41,991 bases of DNA from Thermoanaerobaculia bacterium (GTDB lineage: Bacteria > Acidobacteriota > Thermoanaerobaculia > UBA5066 > Gp7-AA6): the NCBI GenBank assembly GCA_035469365.1, contig DATIRW010000268.1, forward strand, positions 1 through 41,991, given 5' to 3'. This document shows positions 1 to 8,773 of the stretch, in pieces (the stretch's first letter is position 1; each line of letters starts with the position of its first letter). The translations under genes were made by a program, and so were the position numbers. The notes beneath the pieces are model-generated. The model searched no databases, was not told where the DNA came from, and saw nothing but the letters and a program-made list of their open reading frames with translations.

Positions 1-204
1 AGCAAGCCCCAGCCGAACGCCTTCGGAGTACGGGGCGCTCCGACCGAAGAGCAGTTCCCTTGTGCGCTCAGCGCCTGCCCCCTGAGCACGAGGGTACCCC
101 TCGAACGGATGAGAGCGGATCCTTCGCTTTGCTCAGATGACAGGGAGAAAGAGTGAAGAGATGACAGACGTGGGGCCTGGGACGCTAGACCTTAGACGGG
201 AGAC

Positions 205-224
205 GGGCGGGGCAAGCCCCGCCC
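205..224 (-). terminator. GC-rich tetraloop hairpin immediately after the GT2-like gene stop
   Basis: GGGCGGGG-CAAG-CCCCGCCC, an 8-bp perfect stem that abuts the stop codon at 225-227. No clear U-tract. Confidence 0.4.
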
Positions 225-1649
225 CTACCGCGCCGCGGGGATTCCGGAGAGTCCGGCGGGAATTCCCGCGAGTCTTCTCTCCTCGGCGATCAGAGCCTTG
301 CGGAGCTCTTCCGGATCCTCTTCGACGGATTCGGCGAGGCCGGTGAAGGGAGCCTCGGTCAGGGCCTGGTGATAGCCGATCGAAGGCAGGCCGCCATCCC
401 GCAGCGCGTGAATGAGCTGGACGGTCTTCAAGGCGTCGAACCACGTGTGCAGGTGGCGAAGGAGAATCTCCTCGTCCTTCGAGAGGGTGAGGGCCTCCTG
501 GACGGCGTGAAACGCGCCCATCCGCTCGAGGGCCTCGGTCAACACGTCGGTCCGGAAGAAGGGAGTCGACGAAGGCAACTGCGCCAGGGGCGCACGCGCA
601 TCGCCGCCCGAGCTCGCGATCGCCGCGAGCACGCGGAGCCACGCGGCCAGGTGCGCGAACACCAGCGGGTGATAGAGCCGGAATCCCGAGAGCGCGCCGC
701 GCCGCGAGACGAGCCCTCCGATCGCCACTCCGGTGCTGATGGGGACGCGCTCGGAGATGCGGCCCTCGAGCATCAGCGGCAGGCCCGACAGTCGAAGGAT
801 CGAGCCGACCTTCGCGAGCTTGTTCAACGCATGGAAGTCCTCGAGAGCGTTGCGCCTTGGAAAGCCGCGCACTGCCGCGTAGGCCGCCGCGGGAATCGCA
901 AGGCAGCTTCCCATGCTGTGGTACGCGTAGGGCGATCCCGCCCATGCGAGGCCGAGCAGGTTGTAGCGCAGCGAGATCTCGTACAGGCGCGCCGCTTCCC
1001 CCTGCGCCGGGTCCGGGTCGAAGCGGTGCTCGAAGGCATAGATGGCCGCACCCGCAGTCTCCGCGTCGAGGGTTCGCGTCTGCTCGAAGTAGTCTCCCGG
1101 CAGCACGGTGTCGGCGTCCGTGTTGTGGATCCAGGGGGAGGCGACGCGACCCGCCGCGCGAAGAGCGAGTACTACGTCGTTGCCGATCTTGCGCGCGATG
1201 CCGACGCCCTGCCCCTCCGGAAGGAATTGTCCCGGGAGCGCGCGGTCGATGAGGAGCAATGTTCCGCCCCGGAGCGCGAAGTAGCGCGCGCGTGCCCCGG
1301 CGGAAAGCTCGGTCGCGGGCGCGAGTTCCCGCTCGAGACGCCGTCGGACTTCTTCGTTCGCCTCGTGGACGCCGGCGGGGGAGTCCCCTCGCGCGTTCAG
1401 GACGAGGACGATCAGGACCGGGCCCTCGGGGCTCCCCGGAACGGACCCGAGCAGCTGGAAGAGACTCTCCCGCTCGCCGTACGCGGGAATGACCAGGGCA
1501 TTGCCGCAGGCGCCGGGCAACTCCCCGGCCCACGCCGCCTCCGGCTCGGCGTGGCGAGCGAGATATTTGGCGACCGGGTCCTTCCTGTTCACTGGAAGTA
1601 CCCGAACACGTCGAAGAAGAACTCCGTGTTGCCGTAAGGCATGTCGCAC
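225..1649 (-). CDS. Glycosyltransferase family 2-like protein with an extra C-terminal domain
   Basis: 474-aa ORF. The N-terminal region (ALVIPAYGERE ... VLNARGD ... NTDADTVLPGDYF) resembles a GT-A/GT2 nucleotide-sugar fold with a DxD-like motif. A GC-rich hairpin follows the stop directly. The exact start is uncertain. Confidence 0.45.
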   Translation of the reverse strand: MRHALRQHGVLLRRVRVLPVNRKDPVAKYLARHAEPEAAWAGELPGACGNALVIPAYGERESLFQLLGSVPGSPEGPVLIVLVLNARGDSPAGVHEANEEVRRRLERELAPATELSAGARARYFALRGGTLLLIDRALPGQFLPEGQGVGIARKIGNDVVLALRAAGRVASPWIHNTDADTVLPGDYFEQTRTLDAETAGAAIYAFEHRFDPDPAQGEAARLYEISLRYNLLGLAWAGSPYAYHSMGSCLAIPAAAYAAVRGFPRRNALEDFHALNKLAKVGSILRLSGLPLMLEGRISERVPISTGVAIGGLVSRRGALSGFRLYHPLVFAHLAAWLRVLAAIASSGGDARAPLAQLPSSTPFFRTDVLTEALERMGAFHAVQEALTLSKDEEILLRHLHTWFDALKTVQLIHALRDGGLPSIGYHQALTEAPFTGLAESVEEDPEELRKALIAEERRLAGIPAGLSGIPAAR

Positions 1650-1886
1650 TGGACGGCGAGCTGGCCTCCAATCCCGAGCGGGACGACGGCGTTGTTGGCC
1701 CGGACGATACCGGGACGGACGTTGATGAGCACTCTGGGGATCCTACTAAAGGTCTAAGGTGTCCCGGCTGCGCCGGAGACGGTCCTGGAACTGCAGCGGC
1801 TGTTCAAGCTCTGACCCCTCTTCGGTCCGGTGGGCAGGGGTGTTTCGTCTCAGGCAGGCCATACCCGCGCAAACGCGGACCGACAG

Positions 1887-2456
1887 CTAGTGCAGCGCCG
1901 CGCGCGGCGGTAGGTCGGTGACGATGCGCGCTTCGGCTTCGAGTAACTCTTCCAGGCGCGCTTCCACCGGGGTCCGGTCGAAGTAGAGGAGCGCCAGACG
2001 GACGAAGAGATCCTGGTGCCGGGCCTCCGAGCGCGTGATGTCGCGGTAGAAGTCTTTCAGAGGGCCGGGGTGAAGAGCCGAGGCGATCAGGCCGAAGCGC
2101 TCGCATCCGCGCGCTTCGAGAATCCCGGCCACGAGCAGCCGGTCCAGGAAGTACGCGTCCGATCCCTTCCGGTACTCCTGCGAGAATCCGCGGACGTACG
2201 GGTCCTTCCGGTCGGCGCCGAGCGTCAATCCGCGGGCCGCCATGTGCGCGTACACCTGTTGGAAGTGCGCGAGCTCTTCTTGTGCGAGATCGATCATGGC
2301 CGGGACGAGCTCCTTGCGGTCGGGATAGTGCGAGACCATGTTCATCGCGCTGCCCGAGGCCTTGCGCTCGCAGTTGGCGTGGTCCTGCAGGAAGGAGTCG
2401 AAGTCGCGCAAAACCGCCTCGGTCCAGGCGGGGGAAGTGGGGATCTTTAATCGCAT
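1887..2456 (-). CDS. miaE: tRNA-(ms2io6A)-hydroxylase, ferritin-like di-iron protein
   Basis: 189-aa ORF with two ExxH di-iron motifs (QEELAHFQ, RSEARHQ). The overall pattern (DHANCERKA..., FLDRLLVAGIxEARGCERF) is typical of MiaE. Confidence 0.75.
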   Translation of the reverse strand: MRLKIPTSPAWTEAVLRDFDSFLQDHANCERKASGSAMNMVSHYPDRKELVPAMIDLAQEELAHFQQVYAHMAARGLTLGADRKDPYVRGFSQEYRKGSDAYFLDRLLVAGILEARGCERFGLIASALHPGPLKDFYRDITRSEARHQDLFVRLALLYFDRTPVEARLEELLEAEARIVTDLPPRAALH

Positions 2457-2462
2457 GTGAGC

Positions 2463-2746
2463 AAGGTGTCAGGTTATACGTGCCCGGGATAATGCAGGTG
2501 CCAGGTATCAGGTATCAGGGACGGGAACTGGCTCCACGGGAGCCTGAACGTGGCACCTGAAACCTGTCAACTGCATTTCACCTGATACCTTTCCCTGACG
2601 CCTATCTTCCCCCACTGACAGCGGGCAGGATAGGTTTTGGGGAAATGCAGGTATCAGGTGTCAGGTTGGACTCGGGCTTCCCTGACACCTGACAGCTGGC
2701 GCCGGACACCTGCCTTTCCCTGACACCTTTACCCTGAAACCTTGCT
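2463..2746. repeat. Heptamer-palindromic intergenic element (CAGGTRY / RYACCTG words), at least two hairpin modules
   Basis: Tandem heptamers CAGGTGC CAGGTAT CAGGTAT CAGGGAC (about 2496-2523) face reverse-orientation words CACCTGA TACCT..CCCTGA (2551-2600). A 12-bp perfect inverted repeat pairs TCAGGTGTCAGG (2654-2665) with CCTGACACCTGA (2681-2692). The outer ends GCAAGGTGTCAGG and CCTGACACCTTT...AACCTTGC are also inverted. Confidence 0.8.
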
Positions 2747-3340
2747 CCCATCCGTCACCCAGGACCTGTAAAGAGCCTCGACCTTCTCTCTCAGATCTTC
2801 TTTCGTTCCGTCGTTGACGAGGATGTCGCTGGCACGGCGGGCCGCGGCTTCGACGGGCATCTGCGCGGCGATGCGCCGGCGCGCGTCTTCCGCGGCGCCC
2901 CCGGAGGACTCCCAGCGGCGCACGCGCTCGGCTTCCGGCGCGGTGACGAGCAGCACACGATCGAAATTCGACTGGGTGCCCGCCTCGAGGAGCTGGGAGA
3001 CCTCCGCGACCGCGACGGCAGCGCCCGCCCCTCTCGCGTCGGCGAAGCGCCGCTCGATCTCGCGCCTCACGATCGGGTGGATCCGCGCCTCGAGCTCGTG
3101 GCGCCGGCGCGGGCTGGCGAAAATGATCGCGGCGATGCGCGCCCGGTCGATGCGACCATCGGCGTCGAGAACCTCCTTGCCGAAAAGGTCCTGCGCTGCG
3201 CGGGCACCCCGGCCGCCCGGCCGATAGAGATCGGCGACGATCGCGTCCGCGTCGAAAACGATGGCGCCGAGCTCCTTCAGGAAACCAGCTACCGTGGATT
3301 TCCCGGAGGCGAGACCGCCGGTCAGACCAACACGCAACAT
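2729..3340 (-). CDS. coaE: Dephospho-CoA kinase
   Basis: 203 aa. N-terminal P-loop GLTGGLASGKST followed by FDADAI, as in CoaE. The last codons and the stop lie inside a heptamer repeat element. Confidence 0.88.
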   Translation of the reverse strand: MLRVGLTGGLASGKSTVAGFLKELGAIVFDADAIVADLYRPGGRGARAAQDLFGKEVLDADGRIDRARIAAIIFASPRRRHELEARIHPIVRREIERRFADARGAGAAVAVAEVSQLLEAGTQSNFDRVLLVTAPEAERVRRWESSGGAAEDARRRIAAQMPVEAAARRASDILVNDGTKEDLREKVEALYRSWVTDGSKVSG

Positions 3341-3408
3341 GGATATGAGTTTAGTGGCATCGGTCGCGCCCTCGCCCCTCCCCTCTCCCAGAGGGAGAGA
3401 GGGCTACC

Positions 3409-3436
3409 TTGGACATTGGACTTTGGACCTTGGACT
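3409..3436. repeat. Direct tandem heptamer array (TTGGACN)x4 abutting the amidohydrolase stop codon
   Basis: TTGGACA TTGGACT TTGGACC TTGGACT with exact 7-nt period. An imperfect CT/GA-rich hairpin CCCTCTCCC-AGA-GGGAGAGAGGG precedes it (about 3381-3403). Confidence 0.75.
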
Positions 3437-4725
3437 CACTTCGGCTGCGGCTTCACCACCTGCCCGCCCTTCATGACCCAGTCGATCTTCGAGAGGACGG
3501 AGACGTCTTTCAGCGGGTCGCCGGGGACTGCGACGAGGTCTGCGAAGGCGTCCTTTTCGACGACGCCGGCCTTGCCCTGCCAGCCGAGAAGCTCGGCCGC
3601 GACAGTCGTGGCGCTGCGGATCGCCTCGATCGGAGTCATGCCGAGCCTGACCTCGTGCTCAAACTCCCGAGCCTGGTTGATCTCGGTCCATGGGAATCCT
3701 CCCGCGTCCGTTCCGAAGGCGATCTTGACTCCGGCTTTGCGGCAGTTGGCGAGCGACTTCGCGTGGATCCTGGGAAGGTCGCCGCAGATGGCGCAGCCGG
3801 CCTGCGCCCGCGGCCCCGCGACGTAGGCCGCGACCGTCAGGGTCGGGGAGAGGAAGATCCCCTTGCGCGCCATCTCCTGCGCGGCCTCGGGGCGGATCGA
3901 GTCGCCGTGCTCGATGGAGTCCACGCCGGCGGCGATCGCGATTCTCACGCCGCTGTCGGAGCGGGCATGCGCCGAGACCTTGACGCGATGCGCGTGCGCC
4001 TCCGAGACGACGGCCTCGATCTCCTCCTTCGTCCAGTTGGGAGGCGAGTCCACATAGCCGTCTTCGGTGAGGCGCATTCCGCCGGTGTTGGCGTAGATCT
4101 TCACCCAGTCGGTGCCGTAGGAGAGCTGCTCGCGCACCGCCCTGCGGCAGGGGTCCGCGCCGTCGCAGACCTGGACTCCCACGGGAAAGACCCAGTCGGG
4201 GCGGAAGCGCGTGATGGGGTAACTCCCCGTCGTCGAGAGAGCGGGGCCGGCGACCCTCAGGCGCGGCCCCGGGATTACGCCCTCGTTGACGGCGTCCCGC
4301 AGCGCGACGTCGCCGTACGAAGCTCCCTCGGTCTCGAGGTCCCGAAGAGCCGTGAAGCCGTGCTCAAGCGCGATCTTCAGCGCCCGCACGGCGCGCGCCA
4401 CTCGGTGGGCCGGGTACTCCTGGAGGATCTGCTCGTGGTACTCGGGCGCCGTCGCGTCCCCCTGAAGGAGGATGTGCGTGTGCGCGTCGATCAGGCCAGG
4501 AAGGAGCGTCCGTTCGCCTAGGTCGATGACTTGAGCTCCCGCCGGAACGCGCGTCCCCACGCTCTCGACGATCCCGCCCTTGACCACGACGACCGGATTG
4601 GCGATATAGGCCCCTGTCTTCACGTCGAGCAGCCGCGCCGCCGTCACGGCCACGGCGCCCTCCTCCGCGCGGAAAGAAAGTGAGGCACACAGGAAGAACG
4701 TCAGGGAGACGACTGTCTTTCTCAT
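3436..4725 (-). CDS. Secreted metal-dependent amidohydrolase (COG1228-like, Xaa-Pro dipeptidase/imidazolonepropionase family)
   Basis: 429 aa. Hydrophobic signal-peptide-like N-terminus (VVSLTFFLCASLSF). LLPGLIDAHTHI metal-binding motif and GTDAG motif near the C-terminus. Confidence 0.8.
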   Translation of the reverse strand: MRKTVVSLTFFLCASLSFRAEEGAVAVTAARLLDVKTGAYIANPVVVVKGGIVESVGTRVPAGAQVIDLGERTLLPGLIDAHTHILLQGDATAPEYHEQILQEYPAHRVARAVRALKIALEHGFTALRDLETEGASYGDVALRDAVNEGVIPGPRLRVAGPALSTTGSYPITRFRPDWVFPVGVQVCDGADPCRRAVREQLSYGTDWVKIYANTGGMRLTEDGYVDSPPNWTKEEIEAVVSEAHAHRVKVSAHARSDSGVRIAIAAGVDSIEHGDSIRPEAAQEMARKGIFLSPTLTVAAYVAGPRAQAGCAICGDLPRIHAKSLANCRKAGVKIAFGTDAGGFPWTEINQAREFEHEVRLGMTPIEAIRSATTVAAELLGWQGKAGVVEKDAFADLVAVPGDPLKDVSVLSKIDWVMKGGQVVKPQPK

Positions 4726-4885
4726 AGGTCGAGTCTAGTTTAAGAATTCTTTTCGCGCGTAGGGGCGGGCCTCGCGCCCGCCCGCCTCTTCCCGACGCGC
4801 CGCGCGTGCGAGAACTGAGACGTTTGGATTCGTAACGCTTCCCACGATCCTGTCCACCGCCACTGGCACCCGGGCACGACGAGGC

Positions 4886-6202
4886 TTACGTTCTGGAACG
4901 CCTCGTCTTGTCCAGCCAGCCGCCGCGGAAGCCGGCGCGCCGCAACCCGGTCACGAGATAGGGGCAGCGGCGCAGGAGGCGCCAGAGGAGGCGGGAGCGG
5001 TAGTTCTCGATCATCAGGACGATCGGCCCGTCGTTCAGGCCGAAGTTGCGCGGAGAGACCCAGCCGCAGGGCTTTCCGGAATTGGATGGGAAGGTCGGAT
5101 TGAATGTCGCCTCGAAGCCGTAGGGGCTCGCCCGGCCGACGCCGAGGTCGTCGATGGAGCGGATCGTCGGAAGAACGATCTCCGGCGCGAACGGGAGAGA
5201 GGCCACGACCGCCCACGGAGCGAGCGTCCCGTCGTCGGGACCCCGGGGGATCGAACGCGCGACGTAGTCGAAGAAGCGCCGCTCGACACCGTCGATCACA
5301 AGAGCCGCCGGCCCGGGGCCTTCGCTCGCGGTGATGCCCCAGCAGAACTCGCCGTATCCCTTGAAGCGCTTGGGATTGTGCATCGCATAACGTTGGTGCA
5401 CGTAGGTCGCGCGCCGGCTGTTCTCGAAGTAGTCGCAGCTCTTCGCGCGCATGAAGGCGTCCCGGATTCCGCGGAAATCCACCCAGACGTGCGAGAGCTG
5501 GTGGATGAACAGCGGACCGGCGTAGAGGAACTCCTCGCCGTAGAGCCGGCGCCACTCGTACTTCGAGGTGAACGCCGCATAGCTCTCCCGCGGGAGCGGG
5601 TGAGTCGGCGACCCCAGCGCGAGCAGGTAGAGGATGAGAGCCTCGCTGTACCCGCGCCAGCGGTAGCGGAGAAACCCGCGTTCCGGCCTCCAGCCGTGGG
5701 TCAGGGTGCGGCCGCGGTTGGCCGCCCACGGCCATTCGACCCGGCGGTAGAGGCGGTCGGCGGTGTCCCGGATTTCGCGTTCCTCCTCGTTCGCTCCGCG
5801 AAAATACGCCGCGGCCGCAAGCGCGCCGGCAAGCAGGTGCGCGGTGTCCACCGTCGAGAGCTCGCAGTCCCACGCGCGGCGGCCCGAGCTCATGTGGAGG
5901 AAGTGATAGTAGAAGCCCTTGTAGCCCGACGCGTCCGGCTCCTTTCCGTGAGGGCTGTTCCAGAAGAAACGCAGGGTCGCCAGCGTGCGCGCCGCGGCCT
6001 CCGCGCGTTCCATGAAGCCGCGCTCCGCCGCGACGATGTAACAGCCGAGCGCCAGCCCCACCGCGGCGATCGAAGCCGGGGAGCCGACGTGCGTGCTGTC
6101 GCGCACGAGGCCGGTCGAGGCGTCGGTTTCGTGCAGGAAGTAGCCGAAGGTGTTCTTCTGCAGCCGGTGCAAGTCCTCGTCGGTGTACGCGGCCGGCGTC
6201 AC
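4886..6202 (-). CDS. Putative glucoamylase / beta-1,2-glucanase-like (alpha/alpha)6 glycoside hydrolase
   Basis: 438 aa. From memory it resembles the 'putative glucoamylase' family (FGYFLHETDASTGLVRD..., STVDTAHLLAGAL..., FCWGITASEGP...). Its start overlaps the upstream stop by 4 nt. Confidence 0.5.
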   Translation of the reverse strand: MTPAAYTDEDLHRLQKNTFGYFLHETDASTGLVRDSTHVGSPASIAAVGLALGCYIVAAERGFMERAEAAARTLATLRFFWNSPHGKEPDASGYKGFYYHFLHMSSGRRAWDCELSTVDTAHLLAGALAAAAYFRGANEEEREIRDTADRLYRRVEWPWAANRGRTLTHGWRPERGFLRYRWRGYSEALILYLLALGSPTHPLPRESYAAFTSKYEWRRLYGEEFLYAGPLFIHQLSHVWVDFRGIRDAFMRAKSCDYFENSRRATYVHQRYAMHNPKRFKGYGEFCWGITASEGPGPAALVIDGVERRFFDYVARSIPRGPDDGTLAPWAVVASLPFAPEIVLPTIRSIDDLGVGRASPYGFEATFNPTFPSNSGKPCGWVSPRNFGLNDGPIVLMIENYRSRLLWRLLRRCPYLVTGLRRAGFRGGWLDKTRRSRT

Positions 6203-7572
6203 GAGATCTTCGCGACGGCGCTCTGGACCGCTTCCGCGAGCGTCGGGTGGATGTGGACGGCGTCCCGCAGAACGGTATAAGGCGCTCCCGCATTCATCAG
6301 GTCCACGTATATGTGCACGAGCTCCGAACCTTCGGCGGCGAGCACCGCGGCCCCCAGGATGCGCCCGCTCTTTGCGTCCACGAGGACTTTGATCAGCCCT
6401 TCGGTCTCCGAAAGCTCCTTCGCCTTGCTGTTGTTACGCATCTCGAAGCGGCCGACCTTGAACACGACGCCGGCCTCCTTCGCTTCCCGCTCGCTCATCC
6501 CCGCGCGCCCGAGCTCAGGGTCCGTGTACACGGCGTAGGGGACGACGCGCCGGGTCGTGTGCGACCCGTCTCCCGCGAGCTGCGACTCGAGCACACGGTA
6601 GTCGTCCCAGGACGTGTGCGTGAACATGGGCCCGCCGCGGATGTCTCCGGCCGCGAAGACCCCGGGGAAGCTCGTCGCGAGGCGCTCGTCCACCTGAACA
6701 AAGCCTTCCTTCGAGGTCTCGACGCCGATCGTCTCGAGGCCGAGGTCGTCGGTGTTGGGCCTCCGGCCGGCCGCGAGAAAAAGACTTGACCCCCGGATCT
6801 GGCCGGGGCCGGACCGGGACCGGATCGTTAGGAGCACGCCGCCGCGCGTATTTGCCGCCTTCTCGACGTGGGTGTCCAGACGGAACTGGATTCCCTCGGC
6901 TTCGAGGAGCCGCTGGAGCGGGAAGACGACGTCCTCGTCTTCCCGCTTGAGAATCTGTCTCGCGCTGTCGACGACCGTGACGTCGCTCCCCATGCGCCGG
7001 TAGAACTGGCTCATCTCGAGCGCGATGTAGCCGGCGCCGACGAAAACGAGGTGCCGCGGGACTTCGTGATGGTCCAGCCAGTTGCCTGAGTGGAGATACG
7101 GGATCTTCTCGAGTCCCGCGATGGGCGGGCGCAGGGCGCGCGTGCCGGTGTTCAGGACCACCCGCGCCGCCAGGAGGTCTTGCTCTCCCACGCGCACACG
7201 GAATGCGTCCGTCTCGCGCCCGCGCAGGCGCGCATGACCCCGCAGGAGCCGGGGGTTCTGCGCCTTCTCGAAGCCGCGTCGAAGTCCCGCGCGCGACTCC
7301 ATGACGATGCTTCTCGCGCGGTCGAGAATCGCTGGGAAATCGACCTCGACCTTGGGGATCCGAAGGCCGAACACGGCCCCCCGCCGCGCCTGGAAGGCGA
7401 CGCGCGCCGATGCGATCACCGCCTTGGTTGGAGTGCAGCCGAAGTTGACGCAGGAGCCGCCCAGGTCCTGGCGTTCCGCCAACGCGACCTTCTTCCCCGC
7501 ACCGGCAAGGGCGTGCGCCAGAGGAATCCCCGCCTGCCCGCCTCCGATGATCAGGACGTCGTAGTGGTCCAT
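6199..7572 (-). CDS. Class I pyridine nucleotide-disulfide oxidoreductase (dihydrolipoyl dehydrogenase / glutathione reductase family)
   Basis: 457 aa. N-terminal FAD fold DVLIIGGGQAGIP, redox-active CVNFGC disulfide, second GAGYIALE NAD fold, and C-terminal HIHPTLAE dimerisation motif. Confidence 0.85.
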   Translation of the reverse strand: MDHYDVLIIGGGQAGIPLAHALAGAGKKVALAERQDLGGSCVNFGCTPTKAVIASARVAFQARRGAVFGLRIPKVEVDFPAILDRARSIVMESRAGLRRGFEKAQNPRLLRGHARLRGRETDAFRVRVGEQDLLAARVVLNTGTRALRPPIAGLEKIPYLHSGNWLDHHEVPRHLVFVGAGYIALEMSQFYRRMGSDVTVVDSARQILKREDEDVVFPLQRLLEAEGIQFRLDTHVEKAANTRGGVLLTIRSRSGPGQIRGSSLFLAAGRRPNTDDLGLETIGVETSKEGFVQVDERLATSFPGVFAAGDIRGGPMFTHTSWDDYRVLESQLAGDGSHTTRRVVPYAVYTDPELGRAGMSEREAKEAGVVFKVGRFEMRNNSKAKELSETEGLIKVLVDAKSGRILGAAVLAAEGSELVHIYVDLMNAGAPYTVLRDAVHIHPTLAEAVQSAVAKIS

Positions 7573-7659
7573 ATTAGGTGGTCGGCGTCAGGTGTTAGGT
7601 GATAGGGACCACGGCTGAGCCTTCCCTACCACCTACCACCTTCCACCGATCACCTATTC
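7573..7659. repeat. Heptamer-palindromic intergenic element (TAGGTGR / YCACCTA words)
   Basis: The left arm GGTGTTAGGTGATAGGGA (7591-7608) and the right arm TCCCTACCACCTACCACC (7623-7640) are complementary at 16/18 positions with a 14-nt loop. Flanking heptamers are GTCAGGT GTTAGGT GATAGGG and ACCTACC ACCTTCC ACCGATC ACCTATT. Confidence 0.8.
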
Positions 7660-7660
7660 T

Positions 7661-8029
7661 CTACTCCCAGTACGGCGTGACGTTGTAATAGGAGTAGATC
7701 CGCGTCCCGAAGTCGGCGCTCGTCATGTCCGGCCAGTTGTCCTTGTCGAATCCCGGAGCGTTCTTCAAGCGCTGTTTGTCCACGTTCAGGATGAAACGCT
7801 TGTTCTCGGTGTCCAGTGTCAGCGCGCCCCAGGGAACCGCGAAGAGCTTTTCGCCCATCCCCAGAAACCCGCCGAACGAAAGGACGCAGTAGGCGATCCG
7901 GCCGTTGTTCAAGTCGATCATGTACTCTTCGATCTCTCCCAGATTCTCGCCGGCGGCGTTGACGACCTTCTCGTTCTTCAGCGTCGACGCGGAAAGAACT
8001 CTCGGAAACTCCGTTACCGTACGGGCCAT
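7661..8029 (-). CDS. PRC-barrel domain protein
   Basis: 122 aa. The pattern GENLGEIEEYMIDLNNGRIAYCVLSFGGFLGMGEKLFAVPW is typical of PRC-barrel stress proteins. A GGAGG Shine-Dalgarno lies upstream (plus cctcc 8034-8038). Confidence 0.75.
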   Translation of the reverse strand: MARTVTEFPRVLSASTLKNEKVVNAAGENLGEIEEYMIDLNNGRIAYCVLSFGGFLGMGEKLFAVPWGALTLDTENKRFILNVDKQRLKNAPGFDKDNWPDMTSADFGTRIYSYYNVTPYWE

Positions 8030-8055
8030 GGAAACCTCCTTGGAAATAGGGTTGG

Positions 8056-8652
8056 CTAAACGGCCGGACGCTCTTCGTGCCGGCCCTCCTCGAACTCCTC
8101 GATCATCTTTCTGTTGAATGCCGGGATGTCGGCGGGCTTGCGGCTCGTGACGAGACCGTGGTCCACGACGACTTCCTCATCAATCCAGTTTGCCCCGGCG
8201 TTCTTCAGGTCCGTCCGGATCGACGGCCAGGACGTGACTCGCCGTCCCTTGACGGCGCCCGCCTCGATCAGCGTCCAGGGCCCGTGGCAGATCGCCGCGA
8301 CCGGCTTTCCCGAGGCGAAGAACGCCTTGACGAATCGAACCGCGGTCTCGTTCAGGCGGAGCTTGTCCGGATTCATGACGCCTCCGGGCAGGAGCAGCGC
8401 GTCGTAGCCGGCGGGGTCCGCCTCTTCCAGAGGGACATCCACGTCGAACAGGTCTCCCCACTCGACATGCTGCCAGCCGCGCACGGTCCCCTTCTCCGGC
8501 GAGATGATGTCGGCCCGCGCGCCCGCTTCTTCGAGCGCCTTCTTCGGGTCCGTCATCTCGACTTGCTCGAAGCCGTTCGCGACGAGAATCGCGACCCTCT
8601 TGCCTTCGAGAGAGTCGACAACGGTTTTCTTTCTGTTCATTTTGTTTTTCAT
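8056..8652 (-). CDS. DJ-1/PfpI family protein (type 1 glutamine amidotransferase-like, PfpI-type)
   Basis: DJ-1/PfpI motifs (RVAILVANGFEQVE, YDALLLPGG, nucleophile elbow AAICHGPW). The 331-aa track ORF has an Arg/Ala-rich N-terminal extension that looks spurious. An internal ATG at 8652 (or 8640) is preceded by GGAGG, so the start is uncertain by 12 nt. Confidence 0.85.
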   Translation of the reverse strand: MKNKMNRKKTVVDSLEGKRVAILVANGFEQVEMTDPKKALEEAGARADIISPEKGTVRGWQHVEWGDLFDVDVPLEEADPAGYDALLLPGGVMNPDKLRLNETAVRFVKAFFASGKPVAAICHGPWTLIEAGAVKGRRVTSWPSIRTDLKNAGANWIDEEVVVDHGLVTSRKPADIPAFNRKMIEEFEEGRHEERPAV

Positions 8653-8773
8653 CCTCCAGCCCGTTGTTCTGCCGGCCATCAACACCGTGGCCGGCTCATT
8701 GGTTCTCGCTGAAGATGCTCGAGCAAGAACCAAGCCTGACGATTCCGGATCGAGGCAGAAGCGAGGCGCAGCT

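Noticed and set aside
133-1671. 512-aa ORF (and 369-1637 on the plus strand) overlapping the GT2-like gene
   Set aside because: The translations are Arg/Pro/Gly-rich and low in complexity, typical of off-frame or antisense ORFs in high-GC DNA. The 225-1649 frame has enzyme-like composition and motifs.
2551-2568. TGGCAC words inside heptamer elements (2551-2556, 31246-31251, and the reverse complement at 31209-31214) as sigma-54 promoters
   Set aside because: No GC or TGC element occurs at the required GG-N10-GC spacing. The TGGCAC simply arises from the CAGGTGC/GCACCTG heptamer vocabulary.
2463-2746. Heptamer repeat loci as CRISPR arrays
   Set aside because: The units are 7 nt with no unique spacers. 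The arrays are under 150 bp and inverted, and there are no cas genes in the window.
6199-7572. Mercuric reductase (MerA) assignment for the disulfide oxidoreductase
   Set aside because: There is no C-terminal Cys-Cys pair, no N-terminal HMA domain and no mer genes nearby. Only the generic class I flavoprotein disulfide reductase features are visible.
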